Source: Podospora anserina (Eukaryota). Taken from it: a DNA stretch of 64,000 nt. The number at the start of each line of letters is the position of its first letter. The first letter of the stretch is position 1. The position numbers and the translations under genes were made by a program. Below, piece after piece: positions 13,001-25,849 of this stretch. The notes beneath the pieces were generated by a model. It had not been told where the DNA came from. It searched no databases and saw only the letters and a list, made by a program, of their open reading frames with translations. The stretch is taken from positions 1,984,001 to 2,048,000 of the forward strand of contig CM030333.1 of assembly GCA_017654855.1 (NCBI GenBank), in the 5' to 3' direction.

Positions 13001-14902
13001 GCCAAGAGAAAGGAGCAATCAGCAGATCCCAAAGACCCTGAGGACCCACCCAATGCCTCAAAGGGTTCTAATGAGGAGCAATCCTCCAAGGCCGACAATC
13101 TGGACACCACTAAGAAGAATGCTGTCGATGACGACGATGCAGCCGCCAACAAGACTTCGACTGCGGATGGACCATCAGATACGCAGCTATCTTCAATTAC
13201 CAAGGACCAAGCCGAGGAGAATTCAAAGTCTCAAGAGTCTTCCACCGAGAACGGATCTTGCGATGCCAAGGAGGCTTCATCTGAAGAAGAAGCCGCAACA
13301 TCCACCGCCAGCAAGAGTGAAGATACAAGATCCACCACTGTCAAACCCCAAGACAACACTGTCACGTCAACCAGTTATGAGGCTTCCACCAAGGAGACCC
13401 TTTCTACCAGCAATGAAGTAGTGACGACCGGCGAGCCTCCGACCACGTCTCAGCGATCAGTCCCTGACAGCTCCGCTACCGTGGATCAGAGGATCAGTGA
13501 ACCGACAAAAGCTGGCAAGTCATCCGGTTCTGCCGTTCTAGCTGGAGCTGCGGTAACTGGTGCTGCGGTAATAGCTGGTGCAGTCATTTACAATAACATC
13601 ACAAACAACAGTTCAACCACCATAAACATTGATCAGTCTTCGCACAACCACCAAATTGAAGCTGCTCAACAAGGAGAGGGAGACACTGATAGTGATAACA
13701 ACGATCAACACTCTGTACAAGGAGCTCAAGACAGTGATGTTGAGCAGCATGATGGTGATAATTCGAAAGGTGAAAACGATCAACTCAGCGGCAACGACAC
13801 TGATAGCGATGACGGAGGTGGGAATGACACCGACAGCAATAGCGGAGAACATAACGCAAACGACTCAGACAACGATGAAGAGGTTGACAATGGGAGCCAA
13901 GCCGGCTTCGACACCCAAAGCGTCGATGGGTCCCAACAGGGAGAGCACGACAGCGACGACAATTATAACCACCACGAAAGCGACGACGGTAGTGACAATG
14001 AGGGTGACAGCGAAGGTAATATCGAATCGGGAGGAGATGGAGAGAGTGATAACGAGGGAAACATGGCAGGCGAGGAAGGAAGTTTCAAAGGTTATGCCTC
14101 CAGTGATGATGGGCACCGAAAGTTGGATGATGAAGGTGGCTCCAACGATGGCGATGGGGACGAAAATGAAGACGATTCTCAGAGGTCGAGTGTTTCTGGG
14201 GATGATGATGACAACCAGAGCCACAATGGATGGGGAAATCAAGATAGCGACGAAGAGCAGAACAATGGAAGTGATGCGGATGGCAATGGTGAAGAAAACG
14301 GATGGGGAGATGACACACAGAGCCAAGTCAGTGGTGATGGTGACGATGATGACAATGACGCCCAGAGTGTCAGCGGGCAGAGCTCTGGAGGCGGCTCTAA
14401 CCACACCGGAACGGCTAATAGCAAGGATGGAAACGGGGATGGAGATGACGATGAGGATGGATACGGGTATCACAATGACAGTGGAGATGAACCCGCTGGA
14501 GATGGTGATGACCGAAGTCTGAACCAAGATAGCGATGCCTTGCAGGATGATGACAATGAGCTGGACGATGACAATGAGCTGGACGATGACAATGAGCTGG
14601 ACGACGATAATGAGCAGGACGACGATAATGATCAGGACGACGATAATGAGCAGGACGATGATAATGAGCAGGATGACGATAATGAACAGGATGATGAAGC
14701 GGAGGATGATGAAGCGGAGGATGATGGAGTTGAGGATGATGGATTTGAGGATGATGGAGTTGAGGATGAGTACGGGCAGGATAAGGACGATGAGCAAGAC
14801 GATGAGAATTATGAATATGGGCAAAATGAGGAGTACGGGCAGGACTATGACGATGGGCAAGATGGTGATGGCAACGGATATGAAGAAGACTATATGTACT
14901 AG
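10029..14902 (+). CDS. ~1601-aa low-complexity, probably disordered protein with Ser/Thr-rich, Lys-rich and Asp/Glu-rich blocks; function unknown
   Basis: ATG at 10029. Intron 11256-11323 (GTAAGA..CTGAC..CAG) joins ORF 9900-11468 in frame to ORF 11534-14902. Confidence 0.75.
12695..12875 (+). repeat. Degenerate 12-bp tandem repeat (GAR GAG ACT GAR / GAT GAG AGT GAG) encoding EETE/DESE
   Basis: Seen directly; it translates as TEEETEEDTEDETEEETEDETEEETE...DESEDESGEETEDESGDESEDESE. Confidence 0.75.
14543..14770 (+). repeat. Coding minisatellite: ~8 x 18 bp (encodes [L/Q]DDDN[E/D]) followed by ~5 x 15 bp (encodes EDDxx)
   Basis: Units such as ctggacgatgacaatgag and caggacgacgataatgag, then gaggatgatgaagcg and gaggatgatggagtt, are visible in the sequence. 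Confidence 0.85.
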
Positions 14903-15536
14903 TAGTATCAGTTGGAGAGAATTAGGTAGGTAGGTAGGCAACGCATTTCGTGCAAAACATTTCGGGTCTCCTTACAAGTATTGAAGAGTGCAATGTGCGG
15001 TCTTGCGTTTGAAAGAGTTCCAATGGGTCAGTGGCCGATGCCACCTTTGAGAGATCTGGTGCTTGGAGCCCACTCCTCCAGGCTCCTCGGAATTTTATCC
15101 TCAGACCGTCACGATGCACCATTTTTTTTTTATCTCACTGCATGTTGAAGTAAGCATGAACAGTCCTTGGTGGTTTGGGAAATCCGCCCTAATCAGATGA
15201 TTGGTTGGTTTCCGGACCGGCGACCTAGCGCTTTCCTCCCCCGGCAGACCTTGATCATGAACGGTGAACCAACAAATTGGCACCTAGCTTCTTTAGGTAT
15301 CAACACATTGAAAGAGGGCACATGATATTGCAATTGAGTCACAGAAGACGAGAAAATGTGGCTTCGTCTGGTTCGTTGAGGTAGGAATATAGTGTTTAGG
15401 TAGGGGTAGGTCAATACATGTACCTTATATTCAATGATCTTTCCACTGTTCTCTTACTCTGACTCTGGACCCCAGTCTTTTGGTTCATCACTTCTTTCTT
15501 TCTTTTACATGGTATCAAAAGGTCCTCAGTGTTTCA

Positions 15537-16048
15537 ATGGCGCACACAAGCAGTCATAAAAATACTCAAATTCAAAAAGGAGCCAAGTCGGTTACCTCGA
15601 ATACCAACCCTGACCTGAAAGCCGACTGGTTGAGCTGCCCACTTGCCCCAAAAAGCGTCACACCCAAAACTTCTGGAACAAAGGTCTCATCTCAGTCGAA
15701 ACCAACCCCAAAGCCAAAAGACCCACACTATCTCATCAAGCGTTACATGAAGGACGGCGTGGTTCATATTCATGAGAAATTGTGGATGGAAGCAAGATAT
15801 TTGCCACAAGAGCCTGGGGCATTCCACGGAGAATTAGAGGTGCTTGAATATCTGCCATTTATCAGTCCTGTTTCCCGTCCTTTCCTTTGTTTCTTTATTA
15901 GTTTGTTTGGAGAAACAGTCTTGTTGACGCTTCTATTGTGCAGGAAACGGACTTTGATATTTGTATTCTGGCTGAGTTTGCGGGTCAAGTTCATGAATCT
16001 GTGATGATCGGGTCTTATGACTCTGCTCCTCACCTCTCATATCTATGA
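15537..16048 (+). CDS. Small hypothetical protein
   Basis: ATG at 15537 (MAHTSSHKNTQ...). A possible intron at ~15840-15943 (pyrimidine-rich, TTGAC branch, TGCAG acceptor) would give a short second exon. No recognisable domain. Confidence 0.3.
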
Positions 16049-16323
16049 TGCGAATGATGGGCTTGGGAGCTCGTACCACCAGGGCAAGGTGCTGGCCAGG
16101 ATAGAATTATATCAGAATTAAGTACCCAGACAGTCATCATATTCATGAATTCAATAGTTCATTCAACAGTAGGCAGTGAAAAGAACGCCTTTTCTTGAAG
16201 TCATGTCTGACTGGTTTTAGAGGTTATGAAAGAGCGTGATAATGTCCTCTCTGATGCATGAAATCTCCTAAAGAGTGTTTCCAGTTGGTGTTTGGTCTTT
16301 TACCCTTGGTCCCACAACTACAA

Positions 16324-17371
16324 TCACCAAACCCCTTTCTCATTCCCCTGGACCTGCATCCTATTCAACGTACGCTGTGTCCACCTCACCAGCCCCACCA
16401 GTGAGTCCTTTGTAACCTTGACAATCCAACGAAGAATCATATGTTGGTAAGGCTCGCCGCGGTATTCGCGTCCGAACTCCAGCAACAGTGTTTTGACTCC
16501 TCTAGGGTCATCCTTATCTCCTTCAGCCACAATTGCGTCGATCTCCCGGAATCCCAGAGACATGAACAGACACTGGGACATGGGCGCAGCGCTGACACAC
16601 TGAGGGATCCTGTCCATTCTTGAGAGGTCTCTAGCCCATGTTGCCAGCTGAGTGCCGTGGCCACGTCTCCAGTATGCCGGGTGAACGACTATCATGCTGA
16701 TGGTGGAGTGTCTGTGGACTCTGTTTTTCCTTTTGGCGGTAGCAGAGAGAAGGCCCCACTCGTCATAGTGGCGTTGGTTTAAGTCTCGATTCAGGCTATG
16801 TGGAGTTGCGAGATAACGACCTGGGAGACGTGATGGTTAATATGAGGTTCACATAAATGCAATTTGAGCTTCAATAGAAGTATATAGATATTTGGATGTG
16901 GCCACAGTGATTTGTAACCATAGACGAAAATTCCTGTTGAGATTTTGAGATAGGAGGAGTTAAAGAGGCAATGAATGCAATAAAAGCAGTGACGTTACCA
17001 TTATTGCTTTTCAATTTACCAACATGAGGAGAGCCTGGGTCGAGTTTAATGGAAATAACACCGACAATGACCCGTTCACCAGCCTTGGGAGCAGTCCAAC
17101 CGGTGTTGTCCGGTATGATGGCAGCTGTCTTGTTGTTTTCATCGCGCAAGTAAGCGTCCTCCCGGACTAAGACTATATGATCGTCGCTCTGGATGGCATC
17201 CAGGAATTGGGCGCGGTACGACTCGAGTGTGTCTTCGGGGTACTTTGCATGATTGGGACGTTCCCACTCGAACAGAGGAGAGTATCGAAAAGCGGCAGTT
17301 GCCACGACGCTAATGCGAGGAACATCGTCGGGGCTTGCGATACGCAGGTGGCCCAGCGGAGGGAAATCCAT
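16324..17371 (-). CDS. GNAT-family N-acetyltransferase
   Basis: Two exons with intron 16821-16998. N-terminal LRIASPDDVPRI, acetyl-CoA motif A IVVHPAYWRRGHGTQL and C-terminal LFMSLGFREI are present. Confidence 0.85.
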
Positions 17372-17920
17372 GCGGCAAACAATGTCAAATGATCGTGAAA
17401 AACATGAAAAAGAGAAAAATAAACTGGTGGGTTCCCATCTTGTTACAAATTAACTGTCTTTGTGTGCACTTATGAAGAAATTCCTTGTCAAGGATTACCA
17501 TTCCACCAGATACAAACTTTGGGGACACAATAGGTAATAATGGCGAGGCTCCGGTCGATGAAGTGGGTGGAGGTGGGTTGAGGTTGAGGTCCGGGTGGGT
17601 TGAGGTTCGTATACAGTGTTGCACCGTGCGAGCCTCGCGGGACCCACAAGTCAACAAATGCCAGGTGCTTATTCTGGGGGCCAATCAGAGTCAATCAGAG
17701 CTCGACCGGCGAAGGAGCTACCCCGCCCAGACGCTTTTATTGGCGAGCTTTTCTCACACATCATGGTCTGACAATGTTTAGTTCGGCCCTTGATGCTGGA
17801 AGTGTTTATAGATACTACATGTACCAGTTTCTTATTGCGTTTAAGCCTCCCACGGGCACGTCACGTTTCACAGTTGCCAACTTCTGATCCTTACATTACC
17901 TGTTCACAAATTCCAAAACC

Positions 17921-20221
17921 ATGTCCGGCCACGGAGAGGGTCACGCCGGCCCAGAAACAAACGAATCAGACCCCGGCTTGGCGCCATCAGAATGTTTCGA
18001 CTCCATGTTCGACTTTGAGCAGTGGGAGGCAGATCAAGAGGTTCACTGGGAGTTGCATCAGGACCTTCAAGGCCTTTCAAATCTCGCAAGTAGTGGCGAC
18101 GAGGGTCTCAACATCACCTCGCTCACACCTCAGTCTTCGTCCATCGATTTCGATTTGGAGGAACCCCTGCGAACTACTACACCCGTGTCAACGATAGTTC
18201 CTACAACAGTGTCGGCCAACATCGAAAGTTTGTCATGCCTTGGCGTTCCATCATGGGACTTCGTTTCGATAACCGACCATAATTCTATCTCTTTGCCATC
18301 GACCCATCTTGTTCACTCCCCTGACATAGCCTCTGGAACTGATGGGGCCGAAGTACCCTTGAGGCAGCAGTCGCTCCCAAGCGGTTACTCAGGAGACTAT
18401 AGCAACCAAACAACCGGGGATCACAATGCCTTCTCCAAAGACCCGTCAGTGGAAAGACAGAGCGATGTTGGGGTTGGGGTTGGTTCTTATGTCATCCAAC
18501 CCAAACAAAGCCTGCCACACTCGAAGAAAGGTTCCCGGACAAAGTCACGCCGCACTATCTCAACAAAGTCAACCCAGTTGACGACAGAGAATGTGACATC
18601 CTATGACTGTTCCATAGGTTTTAGGAGCATCCTGCCCAGACTCGACGCTCAAGGGACACCTTGCAACCACACTGAACCAGACGCCCAAGCTTCCAGTTCG
18701 ATGCCACCTAAAAAGAAGCGCAAGCCCAACACAGACGAAGACCGCGAGAAGATCAAGCTTGTGAGGAGGGGTGGTGCATGCTTACGATGTAGGATCTTCA
18801 AAGAAGCCGTGAGTTGCACTATGAGTCGATGCCAGATACGTGCTAACATCGGTGATAGTGTGATCAAAACAAGCCTTGCGGGCGATGTTTAATAGCTCTT
18901 GCCAACGCTAAAGTTTTTTCATTACCATGTTATAGAGAGCCACTGGAAAACGTCATTGCATTTCGGGCTGGAAATTCCAGGGCCGGAAAAATTCGCTCGG
19001 AGCCAATATCTATTAGATGGGCCGGTGATGACATAAGTCCGAGAGTCGTAGCGCTGTCATATCCGTTCAAGAAACAGGGCGCTGGAGCAGGATTAACAGT
19101 CACCATTAAATGTCGCAAGTTCGTACCTTACGAGTGGGATGTGATGGAAGAACCATGGTCTATTTCTCCAACAAAGTCCATTCCTATGATATCAACACCA
19201 TTTGCCTGTGTAAGTGCATTAGAGATCCGGTTATTTGTCATCGCTGACTGACTGAAACTCCAGTACGACGATGGTGCAAGCGTGGCTGCTGTTGCAAGGT
19301 ACATTGAAGCCACCAAGGCAGCACTCTTGGATGAGAGTCTCGACGGTATTTTGGACGACATGATTCGACTGAGTACTGCTGAAGCAACACGTTACTGCTT
19401 GAAATACAGGGTGAGCGCTTCCAGTGAGCTTCTCAGGAAACTGTGATCATCGGCTAATATTGGCGGTGACAGGACTCTGCTGTAGCAACTGCCATGAACA
19501 TCCGCGCAGCCAGCTTTTTCTCCCGAACGAAAATGATCATGACTGGAAACAATGTGCTTGAATTGCCTTATTTTCATAATCCACATTTTCTACTCAACGG
19601 TGGCTACCCTGTACCATCAATGATTGACTATCAGATGGATTACATGGCAGTTACCTACATGCACAGACAGATGGAAGTCCTTGTAAAGCAGTTGAAGAAG
19701 CTAATTTTCACCAAAAACCAGCGTAAAAGCTGGTACGAGGTCTACTTGACAGTATTCGTGCTGCTTCAAAGTTTGGAGACAGTGCATGCTCGCCAAATAG
19801 ACATCATTCGGCGGTATGAACCAGAGGTACGGACGAATCTTACAAACCTTGCAGGAATCTCACTAATGGTGATGATCAGGGTGGTGAGGCATTGTCAAAA
19901 GCTCGAAATATTGGCACGAGAATGATCGATGAATGGAAATACTCTGCAAGAATCCTGATTTATCATTATCGAGCTGTTTTGAAAGGCATGGTGCCATTCG
20001 CAGCCACCTGGAACGACAAACACGTGGCCGAGTTGCGCCACAACTGCGGCCTGGATGAGGAGGCGCTTCAATATGCTCGACAAATGTCGGGTTTCATCAG
20101 GACCCGATTCGACTCTCTCAGACGATTGACCAAAGAGGGGCTCGATAACGATGCTGTAAGGCCGTTGGCGTGGATAGCACGACTTTATATCGACGATGAG
20201 GTTGACTCAGGCAAGAAGTAG
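17921..20221 (+). CDS. Zn(II)2Cys6 fungal transcription factor
   Basis: Removing intron 18809-18858 gives CLRCRIFKEACDQNKPCGRC-x13-C, preceded by the basic segment PPKKKRKP. Further introns lie at ~19210-19263, ~19410-19472 and ~19827-19879; stop at 20221. Confidence 0.85.
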
Positions 20222-20463
20222 AGAGGGGCGTTCAATTTCAGCAAACACAGCTATAGTATACCTGTTGTTATCTCCTCCGAGCCAAGACATTGCAAAAACG
20301 AGTTTCAAGCTCCGCTTGCACCAGACGAGTCTTTCGTTCAGGCGGCACTAGGAACCGGCAAAGAACCTTCGACAAACCAGCAAAATCCACCGTCAACCTT
20401 TCACTGGCCCAGACGGCACCATTGTTACACCAACACTCACGCGCTGCACAGCCACACCAGAAC

Positions 20464-21693
20464 TCAGTCATGGTCCGGGTTAGCAGAGATGCCCATCTGC
20501 TTGATCCTCATGCCAGGAGCAACCTTGTCCATCTCATCCTTGGTCCAGTACGCCTTCTCAGCAGCATTCAGATCAAACGTCTCGTCCAACTTCCTCTGCA
20601 AGACAGGAGCGGACTCCCATCCCTTGTGGCTGTCATGCAGCCACAGGCGCATGATGTACCGCTGGTTCCACACATCATCCGGCGAGTCAACAAACCCAGC
20701 ACGTGCATGGAGAACAGCAAAGTTGTTGATGAACAACAAATCTCCAGCCTCGGGAACAATCCGAAGGTTGACACGCGTAGCGGCCTCCTGGACCCGATTA
20801 AGAGCAGCAATCCTCTCGGGTGTAAGCTGTGGAGCATCAGGCGAGAAAGGGATGGCGGGATTCGCCCCCAAGAACGTAACAGCCATATTGATCTGAAGCT
20901 GGTTGTTGTGGAACCCAATCACGGGCCTGTTGAAGGTCCTGGTGATGGTTTGATTTGGGCCGGGGCGGTGGATGCGCTCCCAGTACCAATTCTCCGAGAG
21001 AATGCGCAAGACTTCGGGGTCTCGCTTCATGAGGTCGTTGTAAATTGAGGCGATGGGGGCGAGATACTGGTCTCCTCCTTCGAGGGGAGTGCTTTGGACG
21101 AAGAGAGAGACCATGTCACCGACGTCGATGTCGGTGTGAAATGTCATGGGCTTGGCGAGCTCGAGGGGGCTGAGCTTTTGCGAGAGTTGGGCACGGGAGC
21201 GGTCACGGATGTGGTCTTGGGAAAAGTTTAGCTTTTGCTTTCAGTCTCTAAAGCAGGAAGTCTCACCAATGTTTCTTGCACGCTGATCAGCAATGTAGCT
21301 GGTGATGCCGGCGTAGAGGATCACACATTCCTCGTCTGTGTAAGCCGAGGGGTTGATGCCACGGATACGGTGGAATCCTCGGCCGTTGTACACATGGTCC
21401 GTGACTTTCTGGAGCCGTTTGGCGAGTCCCTGAGAAAGAGGGAATGTGGTAGGGTCTGCATGGCCACGGGAAAGGCCCAGGGCTGGTGGGCAAGTGTCAG
21501 TTGATGACGTGGGCTGCATATGAGGGACACATGTGTTACCTTGGAAGTGTTTGATGGCAGAGTTGAGCTCCTCAATATCTTGGCTTGAGAGCTTGTCAGT
21601 GAAAACATCAGTGTTGGACTCAAAGTCGGCACCAGTCCATGCCAGGTCACCGGTGAGCTCTTTAGGCCAGTCAGCGGAGCTAGGGCTGTCCAT
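20464..21693 (-). CDS. TauD/TfdA (clavaminate synthase-like) Fe(II)/2-oxoglutarate dioxygenase
   Basis: Introns 21483-21539 and 21216-21266. Motifs: HxD in FHTD, GDLLFINNFAVLHAR (distal His), RYIMRLWL and N-terminal LAWTGADF. Confidence 0.9.
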
Positions 21694-23199
21694 TGTTCAG
21701 GATCTTGTCTGAGTCGTGCAATTTCTCCCTTGGAAGTTCAAGTATGATGAGATTGGGGAGAGAGTAGTGTGTACAGAACTTGATTTTCAAGACCCCCATT
21801 CTCACCGGGACTCCAGTCTGCATATATATCCTTCATCCATTGCATCCAGCTCATGAACGTGAATGCCCTCGATGCGGCTCAACTGCGTATTTCCCCTATT
21901 CCACAAGGCTATGAGGCTCAAATCGAGGCTCTGAGCTAACTGCCGGGCCAAGAAGAAGCTTCAGGGGTGTAGCTTATGTGAACACATGCAGAGCGGTTGG
22001 GGTGGTGTGCTAACCGAGCGTGCCATTTGTTGCCAGACCAAGAATGAAGCAGAAGTGCAACAATAAGTCTCTCACACTGTGCAGAGATGATAAGCAGAGC
22101 CTCAAGCCAGCGGGACACAGCATCCGAAACAGTCTAAGTTCGGGGCGGAAGACTGTCAGCGTGACCACGGACTGAGCCGGTTCCGCGTGGAGAGCCAATG
22201 ATCGAGGGTTGTGATGAAGAGAATGGGCTGTTGATATATAAAACCCCCACGATAACATTCTGGCTTGCATGGTAGGATACTATGTCACGGATCCAATGGC
22301 TTCAGAGTGATACACATAGGTAGGATGGGGAGTAAGCACGGGTTAGGTAATGACATTCTGGACCTTGTTTTCAATGAGGCTCTTCGCACGCGCTAGCCCG
22401 TAATGATGAGTGGAAGGAGGGGATAAATAAAATGAATGGAATCAGTTGAGTGCCCAAAGAAGGAAACTCGGCGAGATGGGAGTCGTTGACTCTTGCCACT
22501 GTGTTCACCGTCTGTGGTTGATCCAGCAAATGACCTCCTCGGCAGCCCCAATTGGTTGGTTTCCAATGATGTCAAGACTCGAGACAAGATGATGAACTGC
22601 TCCTGATTCAACTCTGGACCAGTCATACAGGGCTAGCCGCCTTCACCATCCAGCAAATGGAACGGATGTTACCGTGTCTAGGCAGTTAGGTATCCGAGGA
22701 CACCTCCACCAGCCGATAAACGTCGGTATACACCGGTCTAGAGTGCTATATCCCAGATTCTATGTACATGCTTCCCCCCCTAATTATGTTAAACCGACTG
22801 TGTCACACAGCTTCTGAGTACCCATTAGGCCCTTAGAGCCGATCAGGTGTTAGGATCTGCTTCACTCGTTCACCAGAACAGGCAATCATTTCCAGAACTA
22901 CAAAGACTTGGTAATTTTGTGACACATAAACTGTCTTTCTACGAGGATGGCATCTCCGGTTTCTGCTCTAGATAGCTTGTTATCACAGGCGTAAAGGCTT
23001 TCGTCAAATCATCAAACAGCCGAGCATATGTGACTACGGATCGTGTCATTTTGACCGCATTCGGCCCTCAAGCGTAGCGGGACCGTCTATGTTTGGCTGA
23101 ACAGCTTGACATAGGTATGACTAAAGGAATTTCAGGGCGTAGGCTCTCATCAAACTCGTCTTTCAATTCCGTTTCTTTTGCCTAGTTCTCGATGCTTAC

Positions 23200-25061
23200 C
23201 TATATGTTCAGCCTCCTCACCAGCTCTATATCCGATTCCCGCCGCTGAAGCCCACTCCCACCCCTATCATATATGGACGTTGTCACTGGGCCGTACCCCT
23301 CCACTTTCTTCCGCAAAAAGCCGAGCCAGACGAAAGATAAAAGTATCAGTCCCACAGCGACAATAGCCATACCCAGTGACACACCCACAACCCCACCAAG
23401 TGGCATCTCTAACCTGAAGCCTACGAAGCTCAGACCAATGAAGAGACCTGAGAGAACGGTGAATATCAAGAGCATATAGATCGTGCTGGCAGTGGTGAGG
23501 GCTGTCATGAACTTTATGAGACGGTTGCCAACCCGCCCGATGGAAGGCCAGTTGATGCTGCGAGCGATTGTGCTCGGGATGGTGTGGGTGACAGCGGTCT
23601 GGACGGTGGAGAAGTATAGCGCAAGGTATGTGACAGCGGTGACGCCTATGGACACTCCCAGCCATCGTGGCCAGGTGTATTGGTCTTGAAATTCCTACCA
23701 AGATGTGTGAGTTATGAACAAGGGAAATAAGTTAAGGCACTTACAATTACGTTCATCCCAAAAACAGCAGCAATGAAGCTCAGTGGTATAAAGAAGAAGG
23801 CCAGCTGTGTAAGCTTCGATATCGACTCGGCTTGGGCGATGGCCCGCTGGCTCTCTAAAATGCTGAGGGTCGACATAAGCGCTTGAAAAGCCGTTTCGAC
23901 TCTATTTCGAATCGCCTCGAGTTCAGCGTTGATCTGGTTGAGTCGCCATGCTATCACTTGCTCCGAGTCATCGCCGTATGGCGGGACCAACTGACGGGGC
24001 CTCTCCTTGGTGTGCTGCTCAAGTTTCTCCATCATATACCGGACAGAGACCCGAAGGTTGGCGAGGGTGTTCCGCCATCGGCCAAGATAATCTCTCCACT
24101 GCGGCACCGAGGAGCGCAGCTGCTCGTCTTCGCCCAAATACAATTCGACCTCGTCCAACCCCCGACCCAGCTCGAACAGGATGGTTGGCATATCATCCAC
24201 CACAAAACCAAGCATCGTTTGTATGAGCCAAGTATCGTTTTGTCTTCCTCGAAACGGACTCGGGGCATCCAGCGCCCTTTTGATACGGTCTAGGGCTGTC
24301 GTCTCGAGGATAAAACAGGGCTGATTCGGCAGAGGTTTGGAGCCTATGTCTCCAGACCACAAGTTGAGGTTCACCTGCCTGACTGTATGCATTCTTTGTG
24401 GATCGACCAGAAGGCACCCAACAAGTTGACCATTCTCCCGTCTCGAGTAATGAAACGACATGCGCGTTGAGGCATGATGAAGAACAACACTCTCCATCCT
24501 CTGTGATGGGTGAAGCGGATGGTATGGTCTATATACCCCCTCCGGAAACGTTCCCCATCGACAATGGCTCTCGTATGTGGATTGGGGGTCGGCAGTTTGG
24601 TCTGTATCCCATGGCGTTCCCGCGCGAATCTTCTTCTCCATTTTCCAACCTTCAGACTTTTGCAGGGCTGGTTCTGACCAGCTGACAAAGAAACTACCGG
24701 TAGATCTGTCCTGGTGGAAGCCCATTTTGTGTCCTGAGCCGCGTCCAAGATGGGCTGGGAAGAACTCTGGGGGCAGGTACAACCCCATATTTGCCAAACG
24801 CGTTGCCTGAAGGTCGCTATGAGCTTCCACGAGGTATATCAGATCGTAATCTTGAGAGGGTTCCAGGGCTTCGTCAGGGTTGGGTTTGGTCTGTGACAAG
24901 TCGACGGCGGTGAAACTGGTCTTTCCATCATTTTGGACTTGAAGTCGCAGACATCTGGAGGTGGCTTCCGAAGGTTCTGAGGGTTTGGCGGGCTCCCGGC
25001 CGATAACGGGATCACCCAGCAATCTCACCGAGTCAAGCGACGAGGTCCTTCTTTTGAGCAT
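23200..25061 (-). CDS. CorA-like (2-TM-GxN) membrane protein of the fungal expanded type
   Basis: Intron 23695-23744. The segment SILESQRAIAQAESISKLTQLAFFFIPLSFIAAVFGMN carries the GMN signature and is followed by several hydrophobic helices. Confidence 0.82.
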
Positions 25062-25849
25062 TCTGACTTAATTGATGCTTCCTGGATTTCAGACATTAAG
25101 GATCATGGGAACTTGCTTTGTGATAAATGCGGCTGACCTCTATTGCCCCTTGATACTCTCCCCTGTCCCACGACTGTTCTCAGCCGCACGCGGGGTCGTT
25201 CGTGCTCATGGAGATCATCTTCAAACTGTTGGCACGCCTCTCCGGGCGAAGACAATAATGTTTGTGGAGAACACTCCCGTCTTTCCTACGATTTCCTCGG
25301 TTGCCGTCTGACGGGATTAGGATTCAATGTGATACCCGTGGGTACATGGCAAAGCGTAAGTTGGGACTGGCGGGCCGTTCAACGTGCCTTCAAGATTTGG
25401 CATGCACACCCCTAACCCTTGGCCAACGAAGTGTGGCTGGAAGTGGTCCGCGCACCAGCACTTCAGCGCGTGTCTGCCTTCTTCTCAAGCTGGGATAAGT
25501 GTTTATCCACCAAATGTCCCCAACTATCGCCGGGCACGATAACGTCTTGGGCCCCAATTGGTTTCTTTCTGTCGACAAGTCACATGAGGGGTCTCTGGGG
25601 CAATAGTATTGGATCGCCTTACACACCACCACTTGCTGGCAGGATGCCTTGACCACTTCATGTGGTGCTAGGTAAGGCAATCAGCCCTTCCCTAGGGTTC
25701 ATATGACTCGGGGATTATCATGGATTTGAATAAGATATATCCTCACACTTCCCTTGGCCGGCGCACGCGGAATACTGACTCTTTTTTTGTTCTAAAGAAG
25801 CATTACACCGCATGCGATCTGTTTGGCCGCTTCCCTTTCAAGTCCATTG

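Noticed and set aside
14543-14770. CRISPR-like array
   Set aside because: The units are contiguous with no unique spacers, lie in a coding frame, and the DNA is eukaryotic.
13865-14941. 358-aa Ile/Val/Leu-rich minus-strand ORF that looks like a membrane protein
   Set aside because: It is the antisense shadow of the GAT/GAC-rich acidic repeats of the plus-strand gene. The same applies to 12370-13203 and to the Met/Thr-rich alternate-frame ORFs.
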